Under the pieces are notes generated by a model. That model saw only the letters and a list, made by a program, of their open reading frames with translations. It was not told the origin of the DNA and did no database searches. Made by a program: the position numbers and the translations under genes. From an uncultured Bacillota bacterium (GTDB lineage: Bacteria > Bacillota_I > Bacilli_A > RF39 > UBA660), in contig CANSWR010000001.1 of assembly GCA_947650795.1 (NCBI GenBank), positions 64,398 to 128,397 on the forward strand: a stretch of DNA of 64,000 nt. Direction: 5' to 3'. The stretch's first letter is position 1. Every line of letters starts with the position of its first letter. Shown in pieces: positions 1 to 9,915 of this stretch.

Positions 1-1426
1 TATCTAAATACTCACATAAAGGTCTAACCTCTATAGTTTTTCCAGCTAAATTTGTTAAACTATCCTTTATCTCTTTTTGTAATGTTAATAAAGAATCACT
101 ATAAAGAAACCTATTTTGCTTCAATAATTCTAATCTTTCATTTACACTTTCTAATTCTTTTTTCTTACACTTTTTATCATATTCAAGCTTAAATTTAAGA
201 TTTTCACAAATATCTTTTTCATTCCTGTAATCATTTATAGTTTCTAAAAGCACACTTTCATACTTATCTATATCTTTTAACCCTGATTCTTTTTTTAATT
301 TTTCAATCCAAGAAAAAGCATTTAATTTTTTTAGCTCAACTTCAAAAATTTTAGAATAATTATCTATTGTAGGAATTAACTCTTCCTGTCTCCTTTTAAT
401 ATCATTTAGTTTGTTATCCAAATCTATAAAAATTTTATATTCTTCATTACTTTCTAACTTTTTTGTATAATCTCCAATATTTTTTTTGTTATCCTCTATT
501 TCTGTTTCTTTTTTAATACGAAGTGCTGTTTTTAATTTTATGTTATTATTATTTTTTTCTATTGTTTTCTTCATCTCATCAATAGAAAACTTCAAATTTT
601 CTCTTTGAATAACTTTTTGTAAATATTGATTCTTTTTAATATCTTTTTCTTTATCTTTATACTGATTGTAATTATTTTCTATTTCTTCTAAATTTTTTAT
701 TTTTTCTTCTTCTAATTCAATTTCTTTTTCTAATATACTAAAATTAGAAATATTTCTTTGTAAAGCGTCTAAACAAATAGTCTTTTCTGATAAAAGAAAT
801 TCAGTAACAAACTGATTAATATCTTTAATAGGTTTAAAAGCTAAAGATTTTGGCAGTAAATCAAAATACTTTCCTTTACTAGATAATCCTAAAAAAGCAG
901 ATATACAATTTTCAAATTCTTTTGAATTATTATATGTTTCAATATTAGATGTTTTAATAAACTGATTTAATGTTTTTAAAAGATTTTGATCAAGTATAAA
1001 TAATTCATCTGATATTGAAGTGTTGTTAAGTCTAAAAAACATCTTAGCTGGTCTATTCATAGAAGCATTAAACTCAATAACTGACCCAAGTAAGTCAAAA
1101 ACATTAGTTTCTTCATCAAAAAACTCTAAAACTATATAACTTGTAATATCTCCTTCTCTTAAAAATTCCTTATTTTCATACCCTACTTTACCTCTAATAT
1201 ATGTTTCTAAAGTTCTTTTATTCGTTTCATCTGCAGCTTGATTAAATTTTGCTTTCCCAGCTGTTAATACAAATTGAATAGCATCTAAAATAGTAGATTT
1301 ACCACTCCCATTCTCACCTGTAAATAAGCAATTATTCTTTAATGTAATGGTTTCATTCCAAAAATTATGCCAATTAATTAATTTGATCTTCTGTAATTTC
1401 TTCATTTTCTTCTTTTGATTCATCAT
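1..1426 (-). CDS. SMC-like ATPase, N-terminal part (JetC/MksB-like); the gene runs off the window start
   Basis: The reverse-strand frame is open from 1426 to position 1 with no stops, across more than 1.4 kb of AT-rich DNA. Its N-terminus, MNQKKKMKKLQKIKLINWHNFWNETITLKNNCLFTGENGSGKSTILDAIQFVL, is the JetC/MksB-type Walker A head. A long Glu/Lys-rich coiled-coil follows. The start overlaps the end of the upstream 218-aa gene, suggesting translational coupling. The gene sits third, after JetA-like and JetB-like genes. Confidence 0.6.
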   Translation of the reverse strand, partial: MMNQKKKMKKLQKIKLINWHNFWNETITLKNNCLFTGENGSGKSTILDAIQFVLTAGKAKFNQAADETNKRTLETYIRGKVGYENKEFLREGDITSYIVLEFFDEETNVFDLLGSVIEFNASMNRPAKMFFRLNNTSISDELFILDQNLLKTLNQFIKTSNIETYNNSKEFENCISAFLGLSSKGKYFDLLPKSLAFKPIKDINQFVTEFLLSEKTICLDALQRNISNFSILEKEIELEEEKIKNLEEIENNYNQYKDKEKDIKKNQYLQKVIQRENLKFSIDEMKKTIEKNNNNIKLKTALRIKKETEIEDNKKNIGDYTKKLESNEEYKIFIDLDNKLNDIKRRQEELIPTIDNYSKIFEVELKKLNAFSWIEKLKKESGLKDIDKYESVLLETINDYRNEKDICENLKFKLEYDKKCKKKELESVNERLELLKQNRFLYSDSLLTLQKEIKDSLTNLAGKTIEVRPLCEYLD

Positions 1427-2030
1427 TTTCTTCACTACCTTTATAACTTTCTATTTTACTAATAATTTCATTTACATTATTTATTCCAACTGCATACTGT
1501 ATTGTAGGATATATAATTATTGAAAAATCATCTTTTTGATAATCATCTCCTTTAAAATCGACTAAATTATATCTCTTAAGAATTTTTAACCCATCTCTTA
1601 ACTCATTAATTTTTAATCTTTCATTATTAGAATTCAATAACTGTTCATACTTTTCTTGTAACTCTAATATATTTATACGGATCTGATTATCTAATGAAAT
1701 TTCTGGCAATTTTTGATTATATAGAAGTCTAATAATTAATAAAATTAAACTAGTTACCTTATTAAGAGATAATTTTGAAGTATAAATCGAATCTAACACA
1801 AAAGTTTTATGGACTTGATAATGCGTTAATTCTCTACCACCAAGATAAAAATAATTATAGAAACAATCAAAATTATTACAAATAAAATAATAAATATTTC
1901 TATCTTCCTCTTTATAAAAAGTTAAATAATTAATATTAATTAATCTATTAACAATTTCTTGAAATTTTATAATATCTTTTTCACTTAATTTCATAAATTC
2001 CTTATTAAATACTTCCAAAACTTCTTTCAT
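1374..2030 (-). CDS. JetB/MksE-like protein (DUF4194-type size and position)
   Basis: A 218-aa ORF with an acidic C-terminal tail, tightly packed between the 454-aa and SMC-like genes. RBS AAGGAAG lies 8 nt upstream. Size and position match JetB/MksE. Confidence 0.5.
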   Translation of the reverse strand: MKEVLEVFNKEFMKLSEKDIIKFQEIVNRLININYLTFYKEEDRNIYYFICNNFDCFYNYFYLGGRELTHYQVHKTFVLDSIYTSKLSLNKVTSLILLIIRLLYNQKLPEISLDNQIRINILELQEKYEQLLNSNNERLKINELRDGLKILKRYNLVDFKGDDYQKDDFSIIIYPTIQYAVGINNVNEIISKIESYKGSEENDESKEENEEITEDQIN

Positions 2031-2035
2031 AATAT

Positions 2036-3400
2036 TTACTTCCTTTCTATAATAAAGTTAGAAATACAAGCACCATCAACAAATATTTCATCATCTAACC
2101 ACTTTATTTTATAATTATTATTTTTACTCTCAGAATACACAAATAAAAGAATTAATTTAATCAAATCATTATTATTCCTTATATTAAAATTGTTAATAGT
2201 TACCTGCCCATTTTCTTTTAATAAATCATTTATAAATTTTTTAATTTCTTTTAAAGAATATTGCTTAGATTTTTTTAAACTATTCATTAAATAACTGTCA
2301 TCAAATGTTTGATTATGATTTCTCACTTTAACCATTGAAGCCTTAACTTTAATATTTTTTCTAGGTGTAAAAAGTGACATTTTTGTAATATTTCTACTAT
2401 TAGAAAATAAAAAATTAATATCTTCTTCTTTTAAATAATTATAATTTTTTAATATAAATAATAATTGTCCTTCCATATCAGAATTATTATTCATTAAAAT
2501 TCTTATTTTTTCTATAGCAACATTTATATATTTAGAATTTTTTCTGTCAATTTCATCCATTATAAATATTATCCTGTCAAATACACTTTCTAAATGACAC
2601 ATAATCTCTTCAAATTTTTGTGATGCTTTTGGTAAATCTACATTTTCCTCGTCCATTATTTGATTAATTACAAGTTTCGACTGATATTCATCATAATGAA
2701 TCTTTTCACAATTATTTATAAATTTAGTCTTATATTTTATTGGATTATCATGTGTTTTCATATAAAAATACGCATTATCTATTACCTTTAATTTATAATC
2801 ATTAAGTAACTGATCTAAAATGGCACTTAATTGTTCTTCATCACTTTTTTGATCAAAGTTTGTAACATTATTGATATATTTTTTAATATTTGAATTTAAA
2901 CTTCTTAGTTTTCTTATCAAATCTTCAGCCTGATTAATACTATCTTTTAATACAAAATACATTCTTTTAGGATCAATAAACTTAATATTTTGATATATTC
3001 GGTAAACATAGCTACTTAATTCTATTTCATGTTCAGTCTCAAAATTAACAAATGTATTTAAAAAAGCAATAGCATAATCTTCAAAATTTACATTTAATTC
3101 TCCATCTACACCATATTCTGTATCAATCCATCCATAACCTTTAAGTTTTCTAAAAACCCAATTCGCCTTATCTCTGGAATTATTTAAACTAGCATCTTCT
3201 TGAATAAGCTCATCATCAAAATTAGTGTTAAAGTATTCTTCAATAATTTTAATAAAATTATCCTTAGAGAATGTATAACTGTTTTCTTGTTCACATTGAA
3301 AATATAACAAATATAAAATATTTGCAAAAGTAACTCTTGAAGATGAATTAAATAATTGAAAAAAATTATAAGGTAAAATTTCAAATAACTTAGTATCCAT
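2036..3400 (-). CDS. JetA/MksF-like kleisin-type protein (DUF3375-type size and position)
   Basis: A 454-aa ORF and the first gene of a three-gene operon that ends in the SMC-like ATPase. RBS AAGGAG lies upstream. Confidence 0.5.
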   Translation of the reverse strand: MDTKLFEILPYNFFQLFNSSSRVTFANILYLLYFQCEQENSYTFSKDNFIKIIEEYFNTNFDDELIQEDASLNNSRDKANWVFRKLKGYGWIDTEYGVDGELNVNFEDYAIAFLNTFVNFETEHEIELSSYVYRIYQNIKFIDPKRMYFVLKDSINQAEDLIRKLRSLNSNIKKYINNVTNFDQKSDEEQLSAILDQLLNDYKLKVIDNAYFYMKTHDNPIKYKTKFINNCEKIHYDEYQSKLVINQIMDEENVDLPKASQKFEEIMCHLESVFDRIIFIMDEIDRKNSKYINVAIEKIRILMNNNSDMEGQLLFILKNYNYLKEEDINFLFSNSRNITKMSLFTPRKNIKVKASMVKVRNHNQTFDDSYLMNSLKKSKQYSLKEIKKFINDLLKENGQVTINNFNIRNNNDLIKLILLFVYSESKNNNYKIKWLDDEIFVDGACISNFIIERK

Positions 3401-3597
3401 ATTACTCCTTTTTTAAAACGTATTATAACATAATAATTTAATTTTTCCATATTTTTTGCCAAATATTACCACAAAACACAAATTTTTAATAATAAATTTA
3501 CTTTTAACTTAATAAAATATTATTATGTTAAGCAAAAATCCAACATATTTCGCAAAATCATGTTATAATTTTAATATATTAAAAAGGAAGTGACTAC

Positions 3598-4029
3598 ATG
3601 AGTCTAATATGGATAATAGTATTTATAATTCTCACAACTATAGAATTAATGACAATAAATTTAGTTTCTATATGGTTTATAATTGGGACAATTGCGAGTT
3701 TTATAACTAGTTTATTTACTGACAATATCACTGTGCAAATTGGAATATTTATAATTGTAAGTTTTATAAGCTTACTATGTACAAAAAATATTGTAAAAAA
3801 AATTAAAACAAAAAAAATAACACCTACAAACTTTGACAGAATAATTGGATTAATAGGAATAGTAACAAAAGAAATATCCAATGACAATTTTGGAGAAGTA
3901 AAAGTTGATGGGAAATATTGGACAGCAATAGCAAAAGAAGAAATAAAAATTAATAGTAAAGTAGAAATACTTTCTATAGAAGGAGTAAAACTATCCGTAA
4001 AAAAAATTAAGGAAGGTGATATAAAATGA
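3598..4029 (+). CDS. NfeD-like membrane protein (partner of SPFH protein)
   Basis: A 143-aa ORF with N-terminal TM helices and a C-terminal beta-rich soluble domain. It overlaps the downstream SPFH gene by 4 nt (ATGA). RBS AAAGGAAG. Confidence 0.7.
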   Translation: MSLIWIIVFIILTTIELMTINLVSIWFIIGTIASFITSLFTDNITVQIGIFIIVSFISLLCTKNIVKKIKTKKITPTNFDRIIGLIGIVTKEISNDNFGEVKVDGKYWTAIAKEEIKINSKVEILSIEGVKLSVKKIKEGDIK

Positions 4030-4913
4030 TATGGATATTTTTAGGTATAATACTATTTATAATTATTATAGGAGTTAAAATCATACCACAATCAAAAGCA
4101 AAGGTAATTGAACGACTAGGTTCTTACCACACAACACTAGGAACAGGACTACACTATGTGATTCCATTTATAGATAGAGTAGCACAAGATATAAGCTTAA
4201 AAGAAAAAGTAAAAGACTTTGTTCCACAGCCAGTTATAACGAAAGACAATGTTACAATGCAAATTGATACAGTAGTTTATTTTCAAATAACTGACCCCAA
4301 ATTATATACATATGGAGTAGAAAATCCAATTAATGCTATTGAAAATTTAACAGCTACTACTCTTCGAAATATTATAGGAGAATTAGAACTTGACCAAACA
4401 CTCACAAGTCGTGACATAATTAACACAAAAATGAGAGCAATATTAGATGAAGCTACTGACCCTTGGGGTATAAAAGTTAATCGAGTAGAAGTTAAAAACA
4501 TTATTCCACCTAGAGACATACAAGAAGCTATGGAAAAACAAATGAGAGCAGAACGTGAAAGACGTGAAAAAATACTTCAAGCTGAAGGAGAGAAAAAAGC
4601 AGCAGTATTAATAGCCGAAGGAGAAAAAGAAAGCGCAATATTAAGAGCCGATGCTAAACGTGAAACTCATATACGTGAAGCAGAAGGAGAAGCTCAAGCA
4701 ATTATAAAAATACAAGAAGCAAAAGCAAAAGGTATAACACTCTTAAAAGAAGCAGGAGCTGACGAATCAGTACTAAAACTTAAAAGTTTTGAAGCTATGG
4801 TTGAAGTAGCAAATGGAAATTCCACTAAAATTATAGTACCTAGTGACTTACAAAATTTAGTAACTGCAGGAACAATTTTATCAGAAACCATTAATAAAGA
4901 AAAAAATAAATAA
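4026..4913 (+). CDS. SPFH/band-7 (stomatin/prohibitin-like) protein
   Basis: N-terminal TM helix. The band-7 core contains IPQSKAKVIERLGSYH...DNVTMQIDTVVYFQITDP. The C-terminus has a Glu/Ala-rich coiled-coil (EAMEKQMRAERERREKILQAEGEKKAAVLIAEGEKE). Confidence 0.85.
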   Translation: MIWIFLGIILFIIIIGVKIIPQSKAKVIERLGSYHTTLGTGLHYVIPFIDRVAQDISLKEKVKDFVPQPVITKDNVTMQIDTVVYFQITDPKLYTYGVENPINAIENLTATTLRNIIGELELDQTLTSRDIINTKMRAILDEATDPWGIKVNRVEVKNIIPPRDIQEAMEKQMRAERERREKILQAEGEKKAAVLIAEGEKESAILRADAKRETHIREAEGEAQAIIKIQEAKAKGITLLKEAGADESVLKLKSFEAMVEVANGNSTKIIVPSDLQNLVTAGTILSETINKEKNK

Positions 4914-4949
4914 TTAAACACTCGAAAATTTCACAAAAGATTAACTAGT

Positions 4950-4998
4950 ACATAAAATTGTAAAAAAGTAGGATAACGTTATTAGCTATCCTACTTTT
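4950..4998. terminator. Bidirectional rho-independent terminator between the SPFH gene (+) and the ABC gene (-)
   Basis: Perfect 8-bp stem GTAGGATA...TATCCTAC, flanked by AAAAAA on one side and TTTT on the other. Confidence 0.6.
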
Positions 4999-5013
4999 AA
5001 ATTATATAAAACA

Positions 5014-7146
5014 TTATAGTTCAAATTGAGAATTATAAAGCTCAGCATAAAACCCTTTCTTTTCCATCAATTCATCATGACTTCCAGTTTCGACTATATT
5101 ACCATCTTTCATAACTAAAATTAAATCAGCATTTTTAATCGTTGAAAGTCTATGTGCTATTATAAATGATGTTCTTCCTTCCATTAGCTTGTCCATAGCA
5201 TGTTGCACCAATTCTTCCGTTCTAGTGTCTACATTACTAGTAGCTTCATCTAAAATTAAGAAAGGAGCATCTTCAATCATACCACGGGCAATCGTAAGAA
5301 GTTGTCTTTGCCCAGCAGAAACAGAATCACTTTGACTAATATCAGTATCAAATCCTTGTGGTAAAGTTTTAATAAAATGAGTTAATCCAACTGTATCACA
5401 AACTTCTTTTATCTTTTCTTCAGTGACATTTACCCTATTATAAATAATATTCTCTCTAACAGTACCATTAAATAACCATGTATCTTGTAACACCATTGTA
5501 AATAAATTATGGATATTTTCTCTAGATAATTCTTTAGTAGAAACTCCGTCAATTTTAATATCTCCAGAATTTATTTCATAAAACTTCATAAGAAGATTTA
5601 CCATAGTGGTCTTACCAGCACCAGTGGGTCCTACAATAGCTATTTTTTGTCCCTGCGTTGCCTTAGCGCTAAAATCATTTATAATAATTCTTGATTCATC
5701 ATAACTAAATCTTACATGATCAAATTCTATATTACCCTTAACTTTATTTTTATCTAAAACTTTGACAACATTTTCTTCTGTATCCATTTCCTGTTCATCC
5801 AAAAATTCGAAAACTCGTTCACTAGCTGCTGCTGTACTCTGCATACTATTCATTGCCTGAGCTATTTCTGCAAGAGGTGAAGTAAATAATCTTACATATG
5901 TAATGAATGCAACTATAACTCCAAAAGTAATACTACCATTAACTGTTAAAAGTGCTCCTACAACACATACTGCTACATATCCAAAATTACCAATAAACAT
6001 CATCATAGGCTGCATAATACCAGCTAAAAATTGACTTTTTCTATTAGCGTCAAATACCTTTTTATTTATTTCATCAAATTTGCTATTTGCTTCTTCTTTA
6101 CCATTATAAGCTTTTACGACTAAAAGGCCTGAGTAAACTTCTTCAATATGAGAATTAAGCCTTCCCAATTCTTCTTGTCTTGCTCTAAAATATTTTTGAG
6201 ATTTACTTAAAATCATAAACATAAATACAAAGCCAATTAAACTTGCTACGATTGCAGTAATTGCCATTAAATAATTAGTAATAAACATCATTAAGACAGT
6301 TCCAACAAGCAAAGTCGTAGCGCTCACTAAACTTGCTAATGATTGATTCATACTCTGAGCAATTGTATCAACATCATTAGTAACCCTTGATAACACATCT
6401 CCTGTTTGATTTTTATCAAAATAAGAAAGAGGTAATTTATTTATTTTTACTGAAATTCTATTTCTCAACTTTCTAGCAAAATTATTAGAAACAACTGTCA
6501 TTATTATACCTTCAAAAAAATTAAGAAGAGCACTAGTCAAATATAATAATCCTAAAAATATAGAAATCTTTTTAACCTTATCTAAATCCATAAAAGGTTT
6601 TACTATATTTCTTATAGACTTAGGACACTCATCAATCTTTTTATAAACTTGACTAACATCATGATTTTCAAGAGTACTAAAAATTCGAATAAACTTTACT
6701 TGATCTTGAGTACTAATTTCTTCATTCTCTATACTAAATTTAGGTAAAATAATATTTAAAGTATTTTCAGAAAGATCCATTAAATTTTTTATAAATTCTT
6801 CACTTTTATTTGTATCTACACTTAACATCGTATTTAAAAATTCTTGCTTCTCTAATTCATCTAATTTATAACTATTTAATACTGCATTTACATCTATATT
6901 AGCTAATTTTCTATTAATAGTATTAGAAATACTTTCAAACTTTTCTTGATTAACTACCAATCCACTTGAAATTGTATCAGTTAATTTTGAAAGTTTATTA
7001 GGCGCAACTATTGATAAAACACTACCACTAACTGCAAAAACTAAAGCAATTACAATTAAAATTCTAAAACTTCTAAGTTCACTAAAAAGTCTTTTAATAG
7101 ATTGACCAAAATTTTTAGATTTATCCGTTCCTCCTCGTCTATTCAT
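5014..7146 (-). CDS. ABC exporter, fused permease-ATPase subunit (heterodimeric multidrug/lipid-type)
   Basis: Six-TM domain followed by an NBD with Walker A GPTGAGKTT, signature SAGQRQLLTIARGM and Walker B ILDEATS. An extracellular insert of about 150 aa follows TM1. The gene overlaps the upstream partner by 8 nt. Confidence 0.9.
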   Translation of the reverse strand: MNRRGGTDKSKNFGQSIKRLFSELRSFRILIVIALVFAVSGSVLSIVAPNKLSKLTDTISSGLVVNQEKFESISNTINRKLANIDVNAVLNSYKLDELEKQEFLNTMLSVDTNKSEEFIKNLMDLSENTLNIILPKFSIENEEISTQDQVKFIRIFSTLENHDVSQVYKKIDECPKSIRNIVKPFMDLDKVKKISIFLGLLYLTSALLNFFEGIIMTVVSNNFARKLRNRISVKINKLPLSYFDKNQTGDVLSRVTNDVDTIAQSMNQSLASLVSATTLLVGTVLMMFITNYLMAITAIVASLIGFVFMFMILSKSQKYFRARQEELGRLNSHIEEVYSGLLVVKAYNGKEEANSKFDEINKKVFDANRKSQFLAGIMQPMMMFIGNFGYVAVCVVGALLTVNGSITFGVIVAFITYVRLFTSPLAEIAQAMNSMQSTAAASERVFEFLDEQEMDTEENVVKVLDKNKVKGNIEFDHVRFSYDESRIIINDFSAKATQGQKIAIVGPTGAGKTTMVNLLMKFYEINSGDIKIDGVSTKELSRENIHNLFTMVLQDTWLFNGTVRENIIYNRVNVTEEKIKEVCDTVGLTHFIKTLPQGFDTDISQSDSVSAGQRQLLTIARGMIEDAPFLILDEATSNVDTRTEELVQHAMDKLMEGRTSFIIAHRLSTIKNADLILVMKDGNIVETGSHDELMEKKGFYAELYNSQFEL

Positions 7147-8902
7147 TATTTAATTCCTCCTCTGAAAGTTGTGATAAAGCTATTTGTTTATAAACATCAC
7201 AATTCTTTAAAAGTTCTTTATGTGTGCCTATTCCCACACATTTACCACTATCTAACACCATAATTTTATCTGCATTCATAATAGTTCCTATTCTCTGTGC
7301 TACAATTAAACTTGTAGCATTTTTAGTATATTTTTTTAATTCTTTGCGTAGAATAGCATCCGTTTTATAATCAAGTGCAGAAAAACTATCATCAAAAATA
7401 TAAATTTCAGGATCTCTAGCTATTGCTCTAGCAATGGAAAGTCTTTGCTTTTGACCTCCAGAAACATTTGTACCTCCCTGAGCAATATGAGCATTATACG
7501 TACCGTCCATTTTTTCAACAAATTCTTGACCTTGTGCGACCTTAATAGCTTCTTTTATAATCTTATCACTTTTTTCTCCTTTACCATTATCTCCATACGC
7601 TACATTAGACTTAACAGTACCATCAAACATAACAGCTTTCTGAGGAACATATCCTATTTTATTATGAAGAATATCTTGTTTATAATCTTTAACATTAATT
7701 CCATCAATCAAGACTTCTCCTTCTGTTACATCATAAAATCTAGGTATCAAATTTATAAGAGTACTCTTTCCACTTCCAGTACTTCCAATAAAAGCTATAG
7801 TTTCTCCTCTATTAGCTTTAAATGAAATATTTTTAAGTAAACATTCTTCTGCATCTGGATATTTAAAACTAACATCCTTAAATTCTACAGTTCCAACTAA
7901 ATCAGTTTCTACATTCTGAATGTCTCCGTCTTTTATACTAATCTCACTTTCAATAACTTCATTTATACGTTCTGCTGACACCTGCGCTCTAGGAATCATC
8001 ATAAATATCATAGCAAGCATTAAAAATGACATAATAACCTGCATAGCATAAGAACTAAAAACTACCATATCTCCAAATAAAACTAATTTATCTGACATAG
8101 TCGCGACATCAATAATATGAGCTCCTATAAAATATATAGCTAAAGTTAAAAAATACATAATCAAATACATTACAGGTGACATAACGCTAAAAGCTTTCTG
8201 ATTAAATAACTGCATATTAGTTAATTCATCATTACATTTACCAAACTTATTCTCTTGATACTTTTCTGCATTAAATGCACGCACTACTCTAATTCCTGTA
8301 ACATTCTCTCTAGTAATATTATTTATTTTATCTATCAATTTTTGAACTTTTTTAAACCTTGGAAGAACCAAAATCATTAAAGTTATAATAGTGCTTAAAA
8401 GTATTAAAACTGCTACTGCAACAACTGCACTCCACTGCCAATTCTTATTAAGAATTTTAGTAATCGCCCAAACAGCAGTTATAGGTGCTTTAATAATTAA
8501 CTGTAACCCCATAGAAATAAGCATTTGTATTTGAGTAATATCATTAGTAGTTCTAGTAATTAAACTACTAGTAGAAAATTGTTTTACTTCATGAATTCCT
8601 AAATCTCCTACTTTGCTAAATAATTTTTTTCTAACTTTCATAGAAAAACTTGCAGAAATATTAGAAGCAGTGAAGCCAACTATAATAGCAGAAATAAGAC
8701 TCCCTAAAGCACACAAAAGCATATACCCACCATTTAAAAGTATTTCTTTCATACTACTTCCTTCTGTTTGTACTAAAACAGTAATCTTAGACATATAATC
8801 TGGCAGTCTCAAATCAAGCCAAACTTGACCGACTATTAATAAAATTGCAAATATTATAAAAAATATATCTTTTCTATTAAAATTTCTAAATAATTTAAAC
8901 AT
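7139..8902 (-). CDS. ABC exporter, fused permease-ATPase subunit (partner)
   Basis: TM domain followed by Walker A GSTGSGKST, signature VSGGQKQRLSIARAIA and Walker B IYIFDDSFSALD. RBS AGGAGGG. No C39 peptidase domain is present. Confidence 0.9.
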   Translation of the reverse strand: MFKLFRNFNRKDIFFIIFAILLIVGQVWLDLRLPDYMSKITVLVQTEGSSMKEILLNGGYMLLCALGSLISAIIVGFTASNISASFSMKVRKKLFSKVGDLGIHEVKQFSTSSLITRTTNDITQIQMLISMGLQLIIKAPITAVWAITKILNKNWQWSAVVAVAVLILLSTIITLMILVLPRFKKVQKLIDKINNITRENVTGIRVVRAFNAEKYQENKFGKCNDELTNMQLFNQKAFSVMSPVMYLIMYFLTLAIYFIGAHIIDVATMSDKLVLFGDMVVFSSYAMQVIMSFLMLAMIFMMIPRAQVSAERINEVIESEISIKDGDIQNVETDLVGTVEFKDVSFKYPDAEECLLKNISFKANRGETIAFIGSTGSGKSTLINLIPRFYDVTEGEVLIDGINVKDYKQDILHNKIGYVPQKAVMFDGTVKSNVAYGDNGKGEKSDKIIKEAIKVAQGQEFVEKMDGTYNAHIAQGGTNVSGGQKQRLSIARAIARDPEIYIFDDSFSALDYKTDAILRKELKKYTKNATSLIVAQRIGTIMNADKIMVLDSGKCVGIGTHKELLKNCDVYKQIALSQLSEEELNNE

Positions 8903-9269
8903 TATATATTCCCTCCTAAACTTCTATTAAATTGTAAGTAACATCTTAAAGACTATCAAATTTATTTAAACTAATTTTCTTATAAAAAAATCAATTTATT
9001 ACAACAAAAAATAATTAGTTACCTAACAAATATACAAGATTATATAACCTCGTTTCAACAAAGTCAATAACTATTATATTACATTTTCATTACAATATCA
9101 CAAATTTAACAAAATTTTCACAAAGTAAAAAAACGTAAAAATAATATTACTAAAATGTAAAATTTTACGCTTTTATTTTTTCTAAAAATTATTTAAAGAG
9201 TTTGAATATATTACAATCGTATAAAGTTAGTAGAGGGGAAGAAAAACCACTCTAGAAAGGAGATTAAAA

Positions 9270-9389
9270 ATGAATATAACCGAATTAAAATTAATTCAAG
9301 GTGGAATGATTCTTTATCCATTTAGAAACATATTTACTAAAATTGTTACTAATGTATATAAATTAATCAAATTAATAACTAGATAATTC
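9270..9389 (+). CDS. Small ORF (39 aa) with a double-glycine-type leader; candidate secreted or bacteriocin-like peptide
   Basis: Absent from the ORF track (too short). RBS AAAGGAGA lies 6 nt upstream of the ATG. Translation: MNITELKLIQGG / MILYPFRNIFTKIVTNVYKLIKLITR. ELxxIxGG matches the class II bacteriocin GG-leader consensus. The mature part is cationic and hydrophobic. Confidence 0.3.
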
Positions 9390-9402
9390 TAACCTAACAA
9401 AA

Positions 9403-9432
9403 ATGCAGGTAAATCACTTGCCTGCATTCAAC
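9403..9432. terminator. Hairpin terminator downstream of dfx (minus strand), between the peptide ORF and dfx
   Basis: 7-bp stem ATGCAGG...CCTGCAT, followed on the minus strand by a TTTTT run. Confidence 0.5.
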
Positions 9433-9441
9433 AATGAAAAT

Positions 9442-9804
9442 TTACATTACATTCTTCCACAAAGAATGTTTGTTACAAAAAGAATAAACCTCTAAACCTT
9501 CTATATAAGGAACTACACATTCTGCTTTATCTCCAGGATTTAACTTTATTAATTTTGAATATTCATTAGTTACTATAAGAATCCATTTTATATAATGATC
9601 TTCATCCATAGGATGTTCTATCTCACCTACTCTAATGTAAGCTTGATTATCCTCCACTTGAATAACAGGCTTATGTTTAATTTCTCCTTCTCCAGTTGAA
9701 ACACTTATTTCTTCTAATTCTTGATTACAACATTTCAATAACTTTTCATTACCATCTAATAAAGAAACAATATTTCCACATATCTTGCACTTAAAAATCT
9801 TCAT
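9442..9804 (-). CDS. dfx: Desulfoferrodoxin (2Fe superoxide reductase)
   Basis: N-terminus MKIFKCKICGNIV...CC is a desulforedoxin-type Cys cluster. The C-terminal neelaredoxin-type domain carries His/Cys ligands (HP...H...C..H). Length 120 aa is typical. Confidence 0.85.
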   Translation of the reverse strand: MKIFKCKICGNIVSLLDGNEKLLKCCNQELEEISVSTGEGEIKHKPVIQVEDNQAYIRVGEIEHPMDEDHYIKWILIVTNEYSKLIKLNPGDKAECVVPYIEGLEVYSFCNKHSLWKNVM

Positions 9805-9915
9805 AAATTACCTCCACAATAATAATTATTATATAAAATTTATTAAAATTTTTCTAGTATAACATTTAAAATAATTTTACTTTTATGATATAATTAACAA
9901 TAATAGGAGTAATAA

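Noticed and set aside
3184-4921. Short ORFs 3184-3462(-), 3594-3887(-), 4283-4519(-) and 4694-4921(-)
   Set aside because: They overlap the well-supported JetA-like, NfeD and SPFH genes on the opposite strand or in another frame. They have hydrophobic, low-complexity translations and no RBS.
7445-8798. Plus-strand ORFs 7445-7825 and 8613-8798 inside the ABC transporter gene
   Set aside because: Antisense to a gene with clear Walker and signature motifs. Not credible.
5014-8902. Possibility that the ABC pair is the dedicated exporter or processor of the GG-leader peptide
   Set aside because: Neither subunit has an N-terminal C39 peptidase domain. They look like a generic heterodimeric ABC exporter, so I did not link them functionally.
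9120-9190. Inverted repeat CGTAAAA...TTTTACG upstream of the peptide ORF
   Set aside because: The arms are separated by about 30 nt of AT-rich sequence. It is of low significance in a 25% GC genome, and it was not called as a terminator or operator.
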